DNA of 64,000 nucleotides. Origin: Candidatus Marinacidobacterales bacterium (GTDB lineage: Bacteria > Acidobacteriota > Vicinamibacteria > Marinacidobacterales > DATDRI01). Below, in pieces: positions 39,666 through 49,784 of the stretch (position 1 is the stretch's first letter; each line of letters begins with the position of its first letter). The stretch spans positions 1,120,001 to 1,184,000 of the forward strand of contig CBDCNP010000002.1 in assembly GCA_965219415.1 (NCBI GenBank), written 5' to 3'. The notes beneath the pieces are model-generated. The model was not told the DNA's origin. It saw only the letters and a list, made by a program, of their open reading frames with translations, and searched no databases. Made by a program: the position numbers and the translations under genes.

Positions 39666-39875
39666 GTGAGACCCACCGGATTGGTTGAGAGCTGGCGTGG
39701 CTCCCCGGCCGACTGGGGGCCCGTATATCCCTTCGTCGGTTACGAAGGGGTCCTGCTGGCGATCTGCGCCACCGTCTTCATCGGCTTTCTGGTCTGGAAA
39801 TTTCGAAATGAGCGAGCTCGCTACGATCGGGAGGTGCGCATACTGCGCTCCTCTCGAGGAAGTAGAAAGAACTAA
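39666..39875 (+). CDS. Small single-TM protein downstream of amt
   Basis: ESW...GPVYPFVGYE followed by a TM helix; GGAG RBS. Resembles, from recall, small ORFs next to this Amt subtype. Confidence 0.65.
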   Translation: MRPTGLVESWRGSPADWGPVYPFVGYEGVLLAICATVFIGFLVWKFRNERARYDREVRILRSSRGSRKN

Positions 39876-39914
39876 TCGCCCGTCCATTAAACACTTAGTT
39901 AAGGAGGCTACCTC

Positions 39915-41345
39915 ATGCTTAACGGAAAATGGTTTTGCGCAATTTTCCTAGTGTACGTGTCTCTAAGCTTCGGCATCAGCACGGCACCCGCTCAGGATAT
40001 GAAGGAATGGAATAATCAGATTCGTCAGGAAAAATTTGACCTCGTTCTGCCCCAAGTCATGAAAAAGAACAATATCGACATGTGGATCCATGTGATGAGG
40101 ACGGCAAGGCCGGATCCCTTTGGTGCGGAAGACCTGGGCAGCACCTCCGGTGTTTTCGTCTTCACCGACCGGGGCGGTGACAGAATCGAACGTGCGATTC
40201 TCGGACGTCGCTGGGGAGGTAGCCAGCGCCAACGGGGAGAGAATACGAGCAAGTTGGTAGAAGAATATGGAGTCTACGACATTATCGGAGAACCGGTCTT
40301 TGTGGGAGAACCGGTGTCAGAGCCCGAGACGGAGTATGACTACCGATTCAAGGGCCTCCGAGAATTCGTCGAAGAACGCGACCCCCAGCGCATCGCTCTG
40401 AATTACAGGGTAAAGCTGGGACCGTGGGGGACTTCCAACGGCATGGATGAAAGGGGAAGCACGGCAGAAGACGGCATTTCGCATACCGACTACCTCCTAA
40501 TAACGAAAGAGCTCGGTGACAAATATGCCAAGAGGTTGGTCTCGTTTGAATATGTGATGATGGACTACCTCGTAACTCCGGTACCGAGCGAAGTCGAACT
40601 ACTCAAAAAAATGCGCAAAGACGAGCTCGAACGGGTTAAGAAAACCTTTGCCGCAATCGAACCGGGTGTAACCAAGACTCGCGGGAACGGATTCACTGTC
40701 TTTCGTCGGATGAGCACAGGATTGTCACAAAGGGGCAGAAGTGCAGGCTGGGAAAACGCCGTGGTCCAGGGAGGCGACATGATTGCCGCGCCAAGCCAGG
40801 GCATGTACGCCTATGTGCTCCGTGAAGGAGAGGCTGCACCACCTCCAGAAATCAAGCAACTGTGGGCAGAATATCTGAAAATCGACAAGATTTTTTCAGA
40901 AACTATCAAGGCAGGGCTTACCCCTCGCGAAATAGTGCAAAACTACACGCGGCAATTGGATGCGGTAGGGGTTATTGTTGTGGATCCGCAATTGCATATG
41001 GTTCAGCCAAAGAATGACTTCCCTGCCTATGCCAAAGGCTACGATCCAGAAAAAACTCTGCTTTCTGTCGACCACCATGGCAAGGGAAAAGGAGCGCGGG
41101 AGAGGAAGCACGACATCTATTTTGGTCCCAGGATGGGCTCTTATGGCCCAGATTGGACGCACGATATACCCCTCGCACCCAATCACCACTTTGTCTTAGA
41201 GTACTTTTTCTATATGCCGTCGCCTACTTCCAACAAAAGCGAAGACCAGTATCTATTGTTTTGGGATCATGAACAGGCAATTGGCACCGAAAACGGAGTC
41301 GAGTACTTATCTCCGCCGCAAAAGGAGCTCTATCTCATCAAGTAG
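39915..41345 (+). CDS. Secreted M24-like paralog 7 (most degenerate)
   Basis: AAGGAGG RBS, signal peptide; LPQVMKKNNIDMWI, FTDRGGDRIER, DGISH, AYVLREGE. The Asp-ligand segment is missing (GDMIAAPSQGMY). Confidence 0.8.
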   Translation: MLNGKWFCAIFLVYVSLSFGISTAPAQDMKEWNNQIRQEKFDLVLPQVMKKNNIDMWIHVMRTARPDPFGAEDLGSTSGVFVFTDRGGDRIERAILGRRWGGSQRQRGENTSKLVEEYGVYDIIGEPVFVGEPVSEPETEYDYRFKGLREFVEERDPQRIALNYRVKLGPWGTSNGMDERGSTAEDGISHTDYLLITKELGDKYAKRLVSFEYVMMDYLVTPVPSEVELLKKMRKDELERVKKTFAAIEPGVTKTRGNGFTVFRRMSTGLSQRGRSAGWENAVVQGGDMIAAPSQGMYAYVLREGEAAPPPEIKQLWAEYLKIDKIFSETIKAGLTPREIVQNYTRQLDAVGVIVVDPQLHMVQPKNDFPAYAKGYDPEKTLLSVDHHGKGKGARERKHDIYFGPRMGSYGPDWTHDIPLAPNHHFVLEYFFYMPSPTSNKSEDQYLLFWDHEQAIGTENGVEYLSPPQKELYLIK

Positions 41346-42857
41346 GGTTCGCAAATCGTAAATTCTTGCCGCGAGGTTTCGAGCTCCTTGAGGACCACGG
41401 AGGAGATTCGGTCCGCGAGCTCGGTGGCTTCTGACAAATACTCCTCCGCTTGCTTGCGGGTCGGGGTCACGAAACGCGAATCCTTGATGCTCTTCAAGTT
41501 GATCATGACGTTGTAAAAGGCACCCTCGGCGGCCGCACGACCGATGAGTCCGGCCACGCCCGCGTCGCTGACGGTGTTGCGATTTCCTTTTTCCACCGCC
41601 ACTTTCGCAATGCGAAGCGCCGCCAAAGACTCGCGGAGCACCTCGAGAGGAACCAGCGTCGCTTGCTTGTTGGCTTCCTCGAGAGCTTCCTCACGCTCCT
41701 CCTCCGGCACCCTCATGGCGGTCATGACCTGGCTAAACGCATCGGTGTCGCGGTCGATCGCTTGTAGGAGAAAATCTTTGATGGTCTGGCCGGTGATGCC
41801 GACCTTCTTCATCTCTTCGTTGAACTTTTCGTAGCCCTTCTTGTTGAAGGTGAGGTTGGAAACCATCGCCGACAGGGCCGCGCTCAACGCTCCGGCCAGC
41901 GCCGCCACACTTCCCCCGCCGGGGGCCGGCGAGTCAGAGGAAAGTTCGTTGACGAAATCCCGTTGATTGAGGCTCGCTAAACGACCGGTTTTGCGAAAAC
42001 GCTATTCGATGATCTTCTTGTCCGGATCGAAGGGGCCGACGTCGCCGAGGCCCATCGACTGGATTGCGGTCGCCACGATCTGCTCTTCGGGAACCCCGGG
42101 CGACTTGAGCTGCTTTTCGAGATAGTAGCGACCCGCCATGAGCATCGCTTCCAAAGGAATGAGCCCCACCACTTCGCTCCCGGTAACCAACAAGCCACGC
42201 TCGAGCGCCTGCTTACGAGCTTCCTCGAGGACGATGTGCGGCGGCGTGATCTTGTAGTTCGTGAGGTTGATGGAGATTTGCGCTCGTCCATACTCTTCGA
42301 TGAACCAGCCGACGGCGCGGCAATGCTTGAAGATTACGGGGATGTTTATCTTGTTCCCCTTCTTGTCTAAGACGATATCCCCCTTGATGTAGAACTGGGC
42401 AATGTCGCCTTCCCTTTCACGCAGCCGTGTTCGCGTAGGTTGGAGGCAATATCGGAAGCGTAGGACTTGTCGCGGGTGTTCAAATTGATGTTGTACGCGA
42501 TCAGGAATTCACGTGCACCGATCGCCGTCGCCCCGGCACGCTCGTTGAGCTCAGCCGGACCGAAGCTCGGTTTCCACTTCGGATCACCGGCTCGATCCTT
42601 CAAGCCCTCGTACTCGCCTTGACGCACGTTGGCGAGGTTTTGCCACTCCTCTTTAGTGGCCGCCTGATCGTAGAGATAGACCCAGATTCCCAATTCTTCG
42701 CCGACCCGCCGGCCCAGCCGTTTGGCCAGCTCGGCGCACTCCTCCATGGTGATACCGGAGACGGGCACGAACGGGCATACATCGGTGGCTCCCATGCGAA
42801 GGATGGGCTCCTTTGTGTTGACGCATGTCGATGAGCTCGGCGGCCTTCTTGATGGCA
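41330..42857 (-). pseudogene. ftcd: Bifunctional glutamate formimidoyltransferase/cyclodeaminase, 5'-truncated and decayed
   Basis: AAELIDMRQHKGAHP/RMGATDVCPFVP, GAREFLIAYN, AQISINL, SEVVGL, SPAPGGGS. Frameshifts at ~42800 and ~42415; in-frame TAG at 42002; N-terminal ECVPN region absent. Confidence 0.88.
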
Positions 42858-43517
42858 ACTCGGGAGAGAATCCTTCACACCGCCCTCTCCTTGTTCCGGG
42901 AGCAGGGATTCGACAAGACCACGATGCGCGATGTCGCCGCGCAGGCCGGCCTGTCTTTGGGGGCCGCCTACTACTACTTCGAAAGCAAAGAAGCGATCGT
43001 CGGGGCCTACTACGACTACGTCCAGGCAGAGCACAAGGCGCGCGCCGAAGAGAGCTTCCTAGAGAGCGCCGATCTTCGCGCTCGGCTGGGGGCGGCCATG
43101 CACACCAAGCTCGACACACTTCAAGACGACCGAAAGCTGCTGGCGGCCCTCTTCCGCTACGGCGGTGATCCCGACCACCCCCTTTCCTGGTTCGGGGAGG
43201 CGACGCAGCATCAGAGAGACCTGAGCGAAGCCGTCTTCGCGAGCGCGCTCAGTGACGAGTCATTCCCGGAGGACATACGCCGCATGGCGCCCCGCCTTCT
43301 CTGGACGCTTCACATGGGCATGGTTCTTTACTTCGTCTTCGACCGATCGTCGGGACAGGAAAAAACGCGAAGGCTCACCGATGGGGCGCTCGATCTCGTG
43401 GTTCAAGCGAAACGAATCGCGACGAATCCGCTACTACGTCCCTTCCGTAAGAAAGTAACTGTATTGCTCGAGGATGCGGGATTGTTGCCGCGATTCGCCC
43501 CTCACGAGCCCAGATGA
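42852..43517 (+). CDS. TetR-family regulator (possibly 5'-truncated)
   Basis: TRERILHTALSLFREQGFDKTTMRDVAAQAGLSLGAAYYYFESKE. Confidence 0.9.
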   Translation: MATRERILHTALSLFREQGFDKTTMRDVAAQAGLSLGAAYYYFESKEAIVGAYYDYVQAEHKARAEESFLESADLRARLGAAMHTKLDTLQDDRKLLAALFRYGGDPDHPLSWFGEATQHQRDLSEAVFASALSDESFPEDIRRMAPRLLWTLHMGMVLYFVFDRSSGQEKTRRLTDGALDLVVQAKRIATNPLLRPFRKKVTVLLEDAGLLPRFAPHEPR

Positions 43518-43557
43518 TCGAAGGAGTCCCGTTTCTCAACGACGTAGGAGAAAACTC

Positions 43558-44833
43558 ATGGACAGAATCAACCGGTATCAGTGGTTAGCAGCAGCATTGT
43601 TAGTCATGGCGTGCGTCTGGCGCATGGGCACGGGCGCGGGGCAGTACCTTCTTCGCCCGCCCGAGGGAGGAACTGTGCTCCTAGGGCTCCTCGCCCTGTT
43701 GTGGCCGTGGTCCGGTGGCATCGGCCGAGTCGTCATTCGCGGGGCCGTGGTTTGGATGGCCGTCATAGCCGTTGCTTGGCCGTCGCGGTTCGTCGACATT
43801 TTCCTGCCGAACCTGGCGCTCGCCGGAATCTGGGCAGTCTGGCTCGCCTTGCTCGCTGGTCCAATTGTCGTCCCGGTGTTTTTGTTCAGGTCCAAGACCT
43901 GGCAAACCAGCAAGGGAGCCATGTTGGACGCAGGCAAGGCTTCTAATCAGAAACCCCGCATGGCGCTGGCCGCTCTCATTCTCGCCACCGCCCTAGGCGT
44001 GCTGCTCTACAGGTTCCTGGTTCATAACGGCTTGGAGCAAACATCGGCGCTGTTCATCGGAATCCCTGCTCTCCTCGCGGTGGTGGTCGTTCTCACGGTC
44101 GAGCCCCAGAACGTCCGCGGCATGATCTGCAAGGCGATCACGGTCATGCTGCTCGCTTCGGGGATCTTTCTGCGCGAGGGATTCATTTGCATCCTGATGG
44201 CCGCACCGCTCTTCCTAGGCGTCGGGCTTGTCATCGCGGCCTTGGTCGAGCGAACAAGAAAGAGTTTCACCGGCCCCGGTGCGGTGTCGTGTGTAGTGCT
44301 ACTGAGCACCACGATGAGCTTCGAGGGGGTCATCAATCAGTGGAGCTTCCCCCGGGACGAGGTCGTCTACGTCGACCAAGTGGTCGAAGCCAGCGCGCAC
44401 GAGGTGAGTAGACGCCTTTCACAGACCCCTACTTTCGATAGGGATCTACCCGTTTTTCTGAGATTCGGTTTCCCCACTCCCCAACTCACGTCGGGCTCCG
44501 GAATAGCAGTGGGAGATGTGCGCAGGAGATGTGCGCACGATTCTTTTCGCCGGTGGAGAGGGTGACCCCGGTGAGCTGACTCTGGAAGTGATTGAGTCCC
44601 AGCCCGGTCGTGTCCGCTTCCGCTCGATCTCGGACGAAAGTCACATCACCCATTGGCTGACCTGGAAGGAAGCCGAGGTGGAATGGCAGACGCTCGGGCA
44701 ACGTAGGACGCACGTTCGATGGACGTTACGTTACCGTCGTGAGCTCGCCCCCTACTGGTACTTCGCCCCCTGGGAACGCTATGCGGTTTCCCTGGCCGCG
44801 GACTACCTGATCGAAACGGTCATCACGCCCTAG
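43558..44833 (+). pseudogene. Multi-TM membrane protein with C-terminal SRPBCC-like domain, frameshifted by a 13-bp duplication
   Basis: LEQTSALFIGIP, EGFICILMAAP, GFPTP, YRRELAPYWYF. GGAGATGTGCGCA is duplicated at 44512-44537. Confidence 0.75.
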
Positions 44834-44844
44834 GAGAACACTTG

Positions 44845-46174
44845 ATGATCGACAACGCCCTGGCGGTCCGCGCGGTAGGACTCTACTTGCCAACGCTACT
44901 CACGCTCGCTGCCTGGCTCTGGACGCGCCCTTCAATGCGGGAACGCGCGGGCGTTCTCCTAGCCTGTATCTGGAACCTCGTAACGCTCTTGACCGTAAAC
45001 GGACTCGCCCCTCGATTCGGTTGGTGGAGCTTCGATGCCGAGGGTGGCCTCCTGATGGGTATGCCGGTGGATCTGTATTTGGGCTGGGTTCTCTTTTGGG
45101 GAGCCGTCCCCGCCTTGGGGTTTCGTCGGGTTCACCTCGCACTCGTCGTGGCGGTCCTGGTTTGGCTCGATCTGGTCGCCATGCCTCAGGCGACACCCGT
45201 CGTACGGCTCGGAGCAAACTGGCTGCTCGGTGAAGCCGCGGCCGTCGCGTTGTGTCTTGTCCCGTCACAGCTCTTGGCGCGATGGACGGCCGAGGATCAG
45301 AACCTGGGCGCTCGAGCGTGCTTGCAGGTGATGGCCCTTCTCGGGCCTCTTGCTGCTCGTGATGCCCCAAATTATCTTGGAGCAAACGGGAGGAGACTGG
45401 GCCGGCTTGTTGAATCGCTCACGCTGGAGCTTGGGTCTCGCGCTGCAAGCGCTCGCGATCCCGGCCGTCATCGGACTCAGCGCGGTCCAGGAGTTCGCAA
45501 ACCGTGGCCGCGGGACTCCCCTCCCCTACGACCCACCGAAGCAACTCGTCTCTACTGGTCCGTACGCGTACGTAGCCAACCCCATGCAACTATCGGCAGT
45601 GCTGTTGCTCGTCGGGTGGGGACTACTCTTGGAGAGCCTTTGGATCGCTTCCGCGGGGATCATGAGCCATATCTTCAGTGCTGGCATAGCAGCTTGGTCG
45701 GAGAGCCAGGATCTCCGCGAACGATTCGGCGATCGCTGGTACAACTATCGCCTGGCGGTTCGAAATTGGTGGCCGCGTTGGCGGCCTTGGCATCCGTCCG
45801 ACTTCGATCCGGGCGCACCCAAGGCTCGACTCTATATTGCAGAAAGCTGCCTCCCGTGCTCCCAAATCCAGCGATGGTTCTCGCGTCGGAATCCGATGGG
45901 ACTGATGGTTGTACCGGCCGAAGACCATCCGAGGCGCGATCTCGACCGCATCACTTACGACCCGCAAAACGGGTGCCGCGAGGAATCTGGCATTGCTGGG
46001 CTTGCTCGTGGACTGGAGCACATCAACTTGGCGTACGCCTGGCTTTCGTTCCTGATGAGGCTCCCCGGCCTGAGTCGTTTGTTGCAGCTCGTTGCTGATG
46101 CCTCGGGCACGACGCCTCGCCGGGTGCATCGCTCTCCCGCGGCGAATCGCCGAGCGATTTCCAGTCGCAACTAA
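44845..46174 (+). pseudogene. Membrane methyltransferase (ICMT/PEMT-like) with DCC1-like CxxC C-terminal domain, one frameshift
   Basis: GRGTPLPYDPP..LV.TGPYAYVANPMQ, RFG..W..Y...V..W.PR, YIAESCLPC. Extra C in GCCCTTC (~45336). Confidence 0.75.
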
Positions 46175-46263
46175 CTAAGGACCCGCCCTGCTCTTGTAGC
46201 GGAGGTATTGTCATTGGTTTGTCGCTTGGGATAGTCTCTACGACGACGGGAGGAGAATAGCGG

Positions 46264-47331
46264 ATGCGATTGGCGAGCATGATCAATGCCGTGGATCTTC
46301 ACTGCGGTGGTGAGCCCGGCCGAGTCATCGTGGGAGGCGTGTGCGACGTCCCCGGCAAGACGATGTTCGAGAAAATGAAATACCTCGAGACGCAGGCGGA
46401 CGACTTGCGCAAGCGCATGCTTCGCGAGCCACGGGGATTCCCTGCTTCGAATTGCAACCTCATCCTGCCTCCGACATTGCCGGAAGCGGACGCGGGATTC
46501 GTCATCATGGAACAGACCGAATACCCGGTTATGTCCGGCACCAACACCATTTGCGTGACCACGACGCTCATCGAAACAGGAATGGTGCCGGTGGAAGAGC
46601 CGATCACCAAACTGCTCCTGGAATCGCCCGCCGGCCTGGTCCCGGTGACGGCGGAAGTCAAGAACGGGAAGGTGAAGCGAGTGACGTTCGAGAATCTTCC
46701 TGGCTTTGCTGTGCATCTCGACGCCCCCATCGAAGTACCCGAGCTCGGCACCGTTAAGGTGGACGTGACCTATGGCGGCATGTTTTACGTCATCGCCGAT
46801 GCCACGCAGTTCGGGCTGCGACTGACGGCCGATGAGGGCCGAGACATCGTGCGTATCGGAGAGATGATCAAGGCAACGGCCGCGGAGAAGTTCAAGGTCG
46901 TCCATCCCGAGAACCCCGGCATCAACGGCATCACCATCGCCCAACTTTCCGGACCTCCTCTACATCCGGAGGCGACGGTCAAGAATGCGGTGATCGTCTC
47001 GACCGGCGTCCTCGACTGGGACCAACGCTCGTCCTGGACAGGAGCCCTGGATCGCTCACCGTGCGGTACCGGCACCTGCGCCAAGATGATGGCGCTTCAC
47101 GCCAAGGGCGAGTTGCCGTTGAACCAGGATTTCTTCCACGAAGGACCCCTAGGAACGATCTTCACCGGCCGACTGATCCGGGAGACCAAAGTCGGAGACT
47201 ACAAGGCGGCGGTGCCCACTTTGAGCGGCCAGGCGTGGATCACGGGGTTCGCTCAGTATGTGGTGGATCCGGAAGACCCCTTCCCTGACGGGTTCACGGT
47301 CGGCGATATCTGGGGGAAGGTCGATGATTAG
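46264..47331 (+). CDS. Proline racemase superfamily protein (Ser/Cys type)
   Basis: HCGGEPGR, EPRG, MSGTN, DRSPCGTGT. Confidence 0.92.
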   Translation: MRLASMINAVDLHCGGEPGRVIVGGVCDVPGKTMFEKMKYLETQADDLRKRMLREPRGFPASNCNLILPPTLPEADAGFVIMEQTEYPVMSGTNTICVTTTLIETGMVPVEEPITKLLLESPAGLVPVTAEVKNGKVKRVTFENLPGFAVHLDAPIEVPELGTVKVDVTYGGMFYVIADATQFGLRLTADEGRDIVRIGEMIKATAAEKFKVVHPENPGINGITIAQLSGPPLHPEATVKNAVIVSTGVLDWDQRSSWTGALDRSPCGTGTCAKMMALHAKGELPLNQDFFHEGPLGTIFTGRLIRETKVGDYKAAVPTLSGQAWITGFAQYVVDPEDPFPDGFTVGDIWGKVDD

Positions 47332-47352
47332 GATCCAAACCACAGGCGGCCA

Positions 47353-48942
47353 ATGAGATTCGCGGTCACTGCCTTACTCGTTCTCCCCATGCTCATCGGG
47401 TGCGAGCGGCGGGAGCCGGCGCCCATCGCCCCTATCCCACTTGTCGAAGCCACGATTGCGGACATCCAGGAGGCGATCCTCTCGGGTCGAACGACCTGTC
47501 GCCTGGTCGTCGAAGGCTACCTGGCGCGCATCGAGGAATACGACAAGTCCACGGGGCTTAACGCCATCACCGTAGTGAACCCGAACGCGCTCGCGCGCGC
47601 GGACGAAATCGACCAAGCCGTCGCGAGAGGGGAGGAGCTCGGGCCCCTCTTTTGCGCGCCCATCCTCGTCAAGGACAACTTCGACACGCACGATCTGCCC
47701 ACCACTGGAGGTTCGATCGCGCTCAAGGACAGCATTCCGCCAGACGATGCCTTCATGGTCCGGAAGCTCCGAGAAGCGGATGCGATCGTGCTCGCGAAGA
47801 CCAACATGGCGGAGTGGGCCTTCAGTGCGCGGCAAACAGTGAGCTCGTCCTACGGAACCACCGCGAACGCCTACGCGCTCGACCGCGTACCCGCGGGCTC
47901 GAGCGGTGGGACCGCGTCGGGAGTCGCTGCGAGCTTCGGCGTGGCCGGGCTCGGTTCCGACACCGGAAACTCCATTCGAGGACCCTCCTCGCATTCGGCG
48001 CTTTTCGGGATTCGCTCGACCATCGGTCTCACCAGCAGGGACGGGGTCATCCCACTCGCCTTCGACCACGATATCGCCGGTCCCATGACTCGGACGGTCG
48101 AGGACGGCGCCCGTCTGTTCGACGTCGTGGCTGGGTACGACCCGGCGGATCCCTACACCGAGCTCGGGAGGGGAAAACGCGAGACCGACTACCGAGATTT
48201 TCTCGACGCCAACGGCCTGAACGGAGCGCGTCTGGGTGTCCTGCGGGCGCTCGTCGATACCGAAGACGCCGATCCCGAGGTGACGGCGCTCTTCGAGAAA
48301 GCGCTCGCGGACCTAAGGGCGGCGGGCGCAACCCTCATCGACCCGGTCGTGGTGGATGACTTCGAAGAGCATTCGAACGCGGACAACGATTGTCGGCGCT
48401 TTCGCTACGACATGCACGTCTACCTCCAATCGCTGGGACAGGAGGCTCCCATTAGGGATATCAAAGACGTATACGAAGCGGGAACCTATTCGCCCTACAT
48501 CGAGAGTCGGCTCGCACGCCACCAGGACACGCCGCTCGATGTCGCGCCCGAGAATTGGAATCCACCCTGCCCCGCCTACGCGGAGCACCCGGGCCGGCAA
48601 GCCTATCTCGCCGACGTGGTCGCGGCCATGGATCGCGAGGGGGTCGATGCGCTCGTGTACCCGACGTGGACGAACCCTCCGGCGCACCTCGACAAACCCA
48701 TCGAGGAGTACAAGGGGGACAACAGCCAGCTGGTCGCACCCGCAACCGGCATGCCGGCGGTCACCGTGCCGATGAGCGTCACGTACGGCAACCTTCCCGC
48801 CGGGCTACAGATCCTCGGCCGCCCCTACTCGGAAGGAGTCCTAATTCGACTGGCCTACGCCTACGAGCAGGCGACCCACCACCGACTCCCGCCGGAAAGT
48901 TTCCCACAGCTTAAAGGCGAGGGGATACCTGCTGAGAACTAG
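47353..48942 (+). CDS. Amidase-signature family lipoprotein
   Basis: LIGC lipobox; VKDN, GSSGG, GSDTGNSIRGP. Confidence 0.92.
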   Translation: MRFAVTALLVLPMLIGCERREPAPIAPIPLVEATIADIQEAILSGRTTCRLVVEGYLARIEEYDKSTGLNAITVVNPNALARADEIDQAVARGEELGPLFCAPILVKDNFDTHDLPTTGGSIALKDSIPPDDAFMVRKLREADAIVLAKTNMAEWAFSARQTVSSSYGTTANAYALDRVPAGSSGGTASGVAASFGVAGLGSDTGNSIRGPSSHSALFGIRSTIGLTSRDGVIPLAFDHDIAGPMTRTVEDGARLFDVVAGYDPADPYTELGRGKRETDYRDFLDANGLNGARLGVLRALVDTEDADPEVTALFEKALADLRAAGATLIDPVVVDDFEEHSNADNDCRRFRYDMHVYLQSLGQEAPIRDIKDVYEAGTYSPYIESRLARHQDTPLDVAPENWNPPCPAYAEHPGRQAYLADVVAAMDREGVDALVYPTWTNPPAHLDKPIEEYKGDNSQLVAPATGMPAVTVPMSVTYGNLPAGLQILGRPYSEGVLIRLAYAYEQATHHRLPPESFPQLKGEGIPAEN

Positions 48943-49781
48943 GGCATACTGCGGTAGATGTTCTCGATCCAACCCTCGGCGTTCATATAGCCCTTACCCC
49001 AGTCGTCATACTTCGGCGGGAAGCCTTCTTTCTTGATTTGATCCAGGCTCATTCCAGCGTTCTTTTTTCGCTGGACGATCCCGATCGTCTCCTCGAGCAT
49101 ATCCCGATAAGACCTCAACTCCCTCAGGTCGGAAACCGGCCCGTGACCGGCGATGAGCATCGCATTTTGGGGTATCAACGGCAACACCGCTTCTATGTTC
49201 TTCCAGATTCCCATCGCCGTCCCGCCGGCTCCAATATCGGCGAGAGGAAAACTCGAGATTCCGGAGTTCCATAGATCTCCCAGGTGCACCACGTTCGATT
49301 CCGTGAAGAAGATCACGATATCGCCGTCGGTATGACCATCGGGATAGTGAACGGCCTTGATCTCCTCGCCGTTGAAGTAAACGGAGGCTTCCTGTACGAA
49401 CGTTACCTCCGGCCAATGTCCCTTGGCCTTATGGAGAAGGCGCTTTCGCGCGTTGGTGTGGGCGATGATCGTAGCGCTCGCGCCGAGATTCTCGTTGCCG
49501 TCCGAATGGTCATCGTGAAAGTGTGTGTTCAGGATGTACCTGAGATCACTTCTTGCTGGGCCGCTCAACTTGTTGAGGGCGGCGCCGATCTGATCGGTTA
49601 GTGGAGCAAACTGATCATCGACGATCAGGATGCCGTCCTCACCCACCGACACCCCGATATTGCCGGCTACGTCCCCGCTCGCCTCCAGCATGTACACGTT
49701 CCCGCCCACGTGCTCGGCCCGGATCGTCACGCCGGTGAGGTCGGGCATTTGCGCTAGAAGCGCGACGAGTAGGATGGGCAT
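48939..49781 (-). CDS. Metallo-beta-lactamase fold hydrolase (cyclase-like)
   Basis: NTHFHDDHSDGN, GHTDGD, HLGD, GHG. Confidence 0.9.
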   Translation of the reverse strand: MPILLVALLAQMPDLTGVTIRAEHVGGNVYMLEASGDVAGNIGVSVGEDGILIVDDQFAPLTDQIGAALNKLSGPARSDLRYILNTHFHDDHSDGNENLGASATIIAHTNARKRLLHKAKGHWPEVTFVQEASVYFNGEEIKAVHYPDGHTDGDIVIFFTESNVVHLGDLWNSGISSFPLADIGAGGTAMGIWKNIEAVLPLIPQNAMLIAGHGPVSDLRELRSYRDMLEETIGIVQRKKNAGMSLDQIKKEGFPPKYDDWGKGYMNAEGWIENIYRSMP

Positions 49782-49784
49782 GGC

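Noticed and set aside
48939-48942. Convergent genes sharing one CTAG as both stop codons
   Set aside because: A common 4-nt convergent overlap with no further signal.
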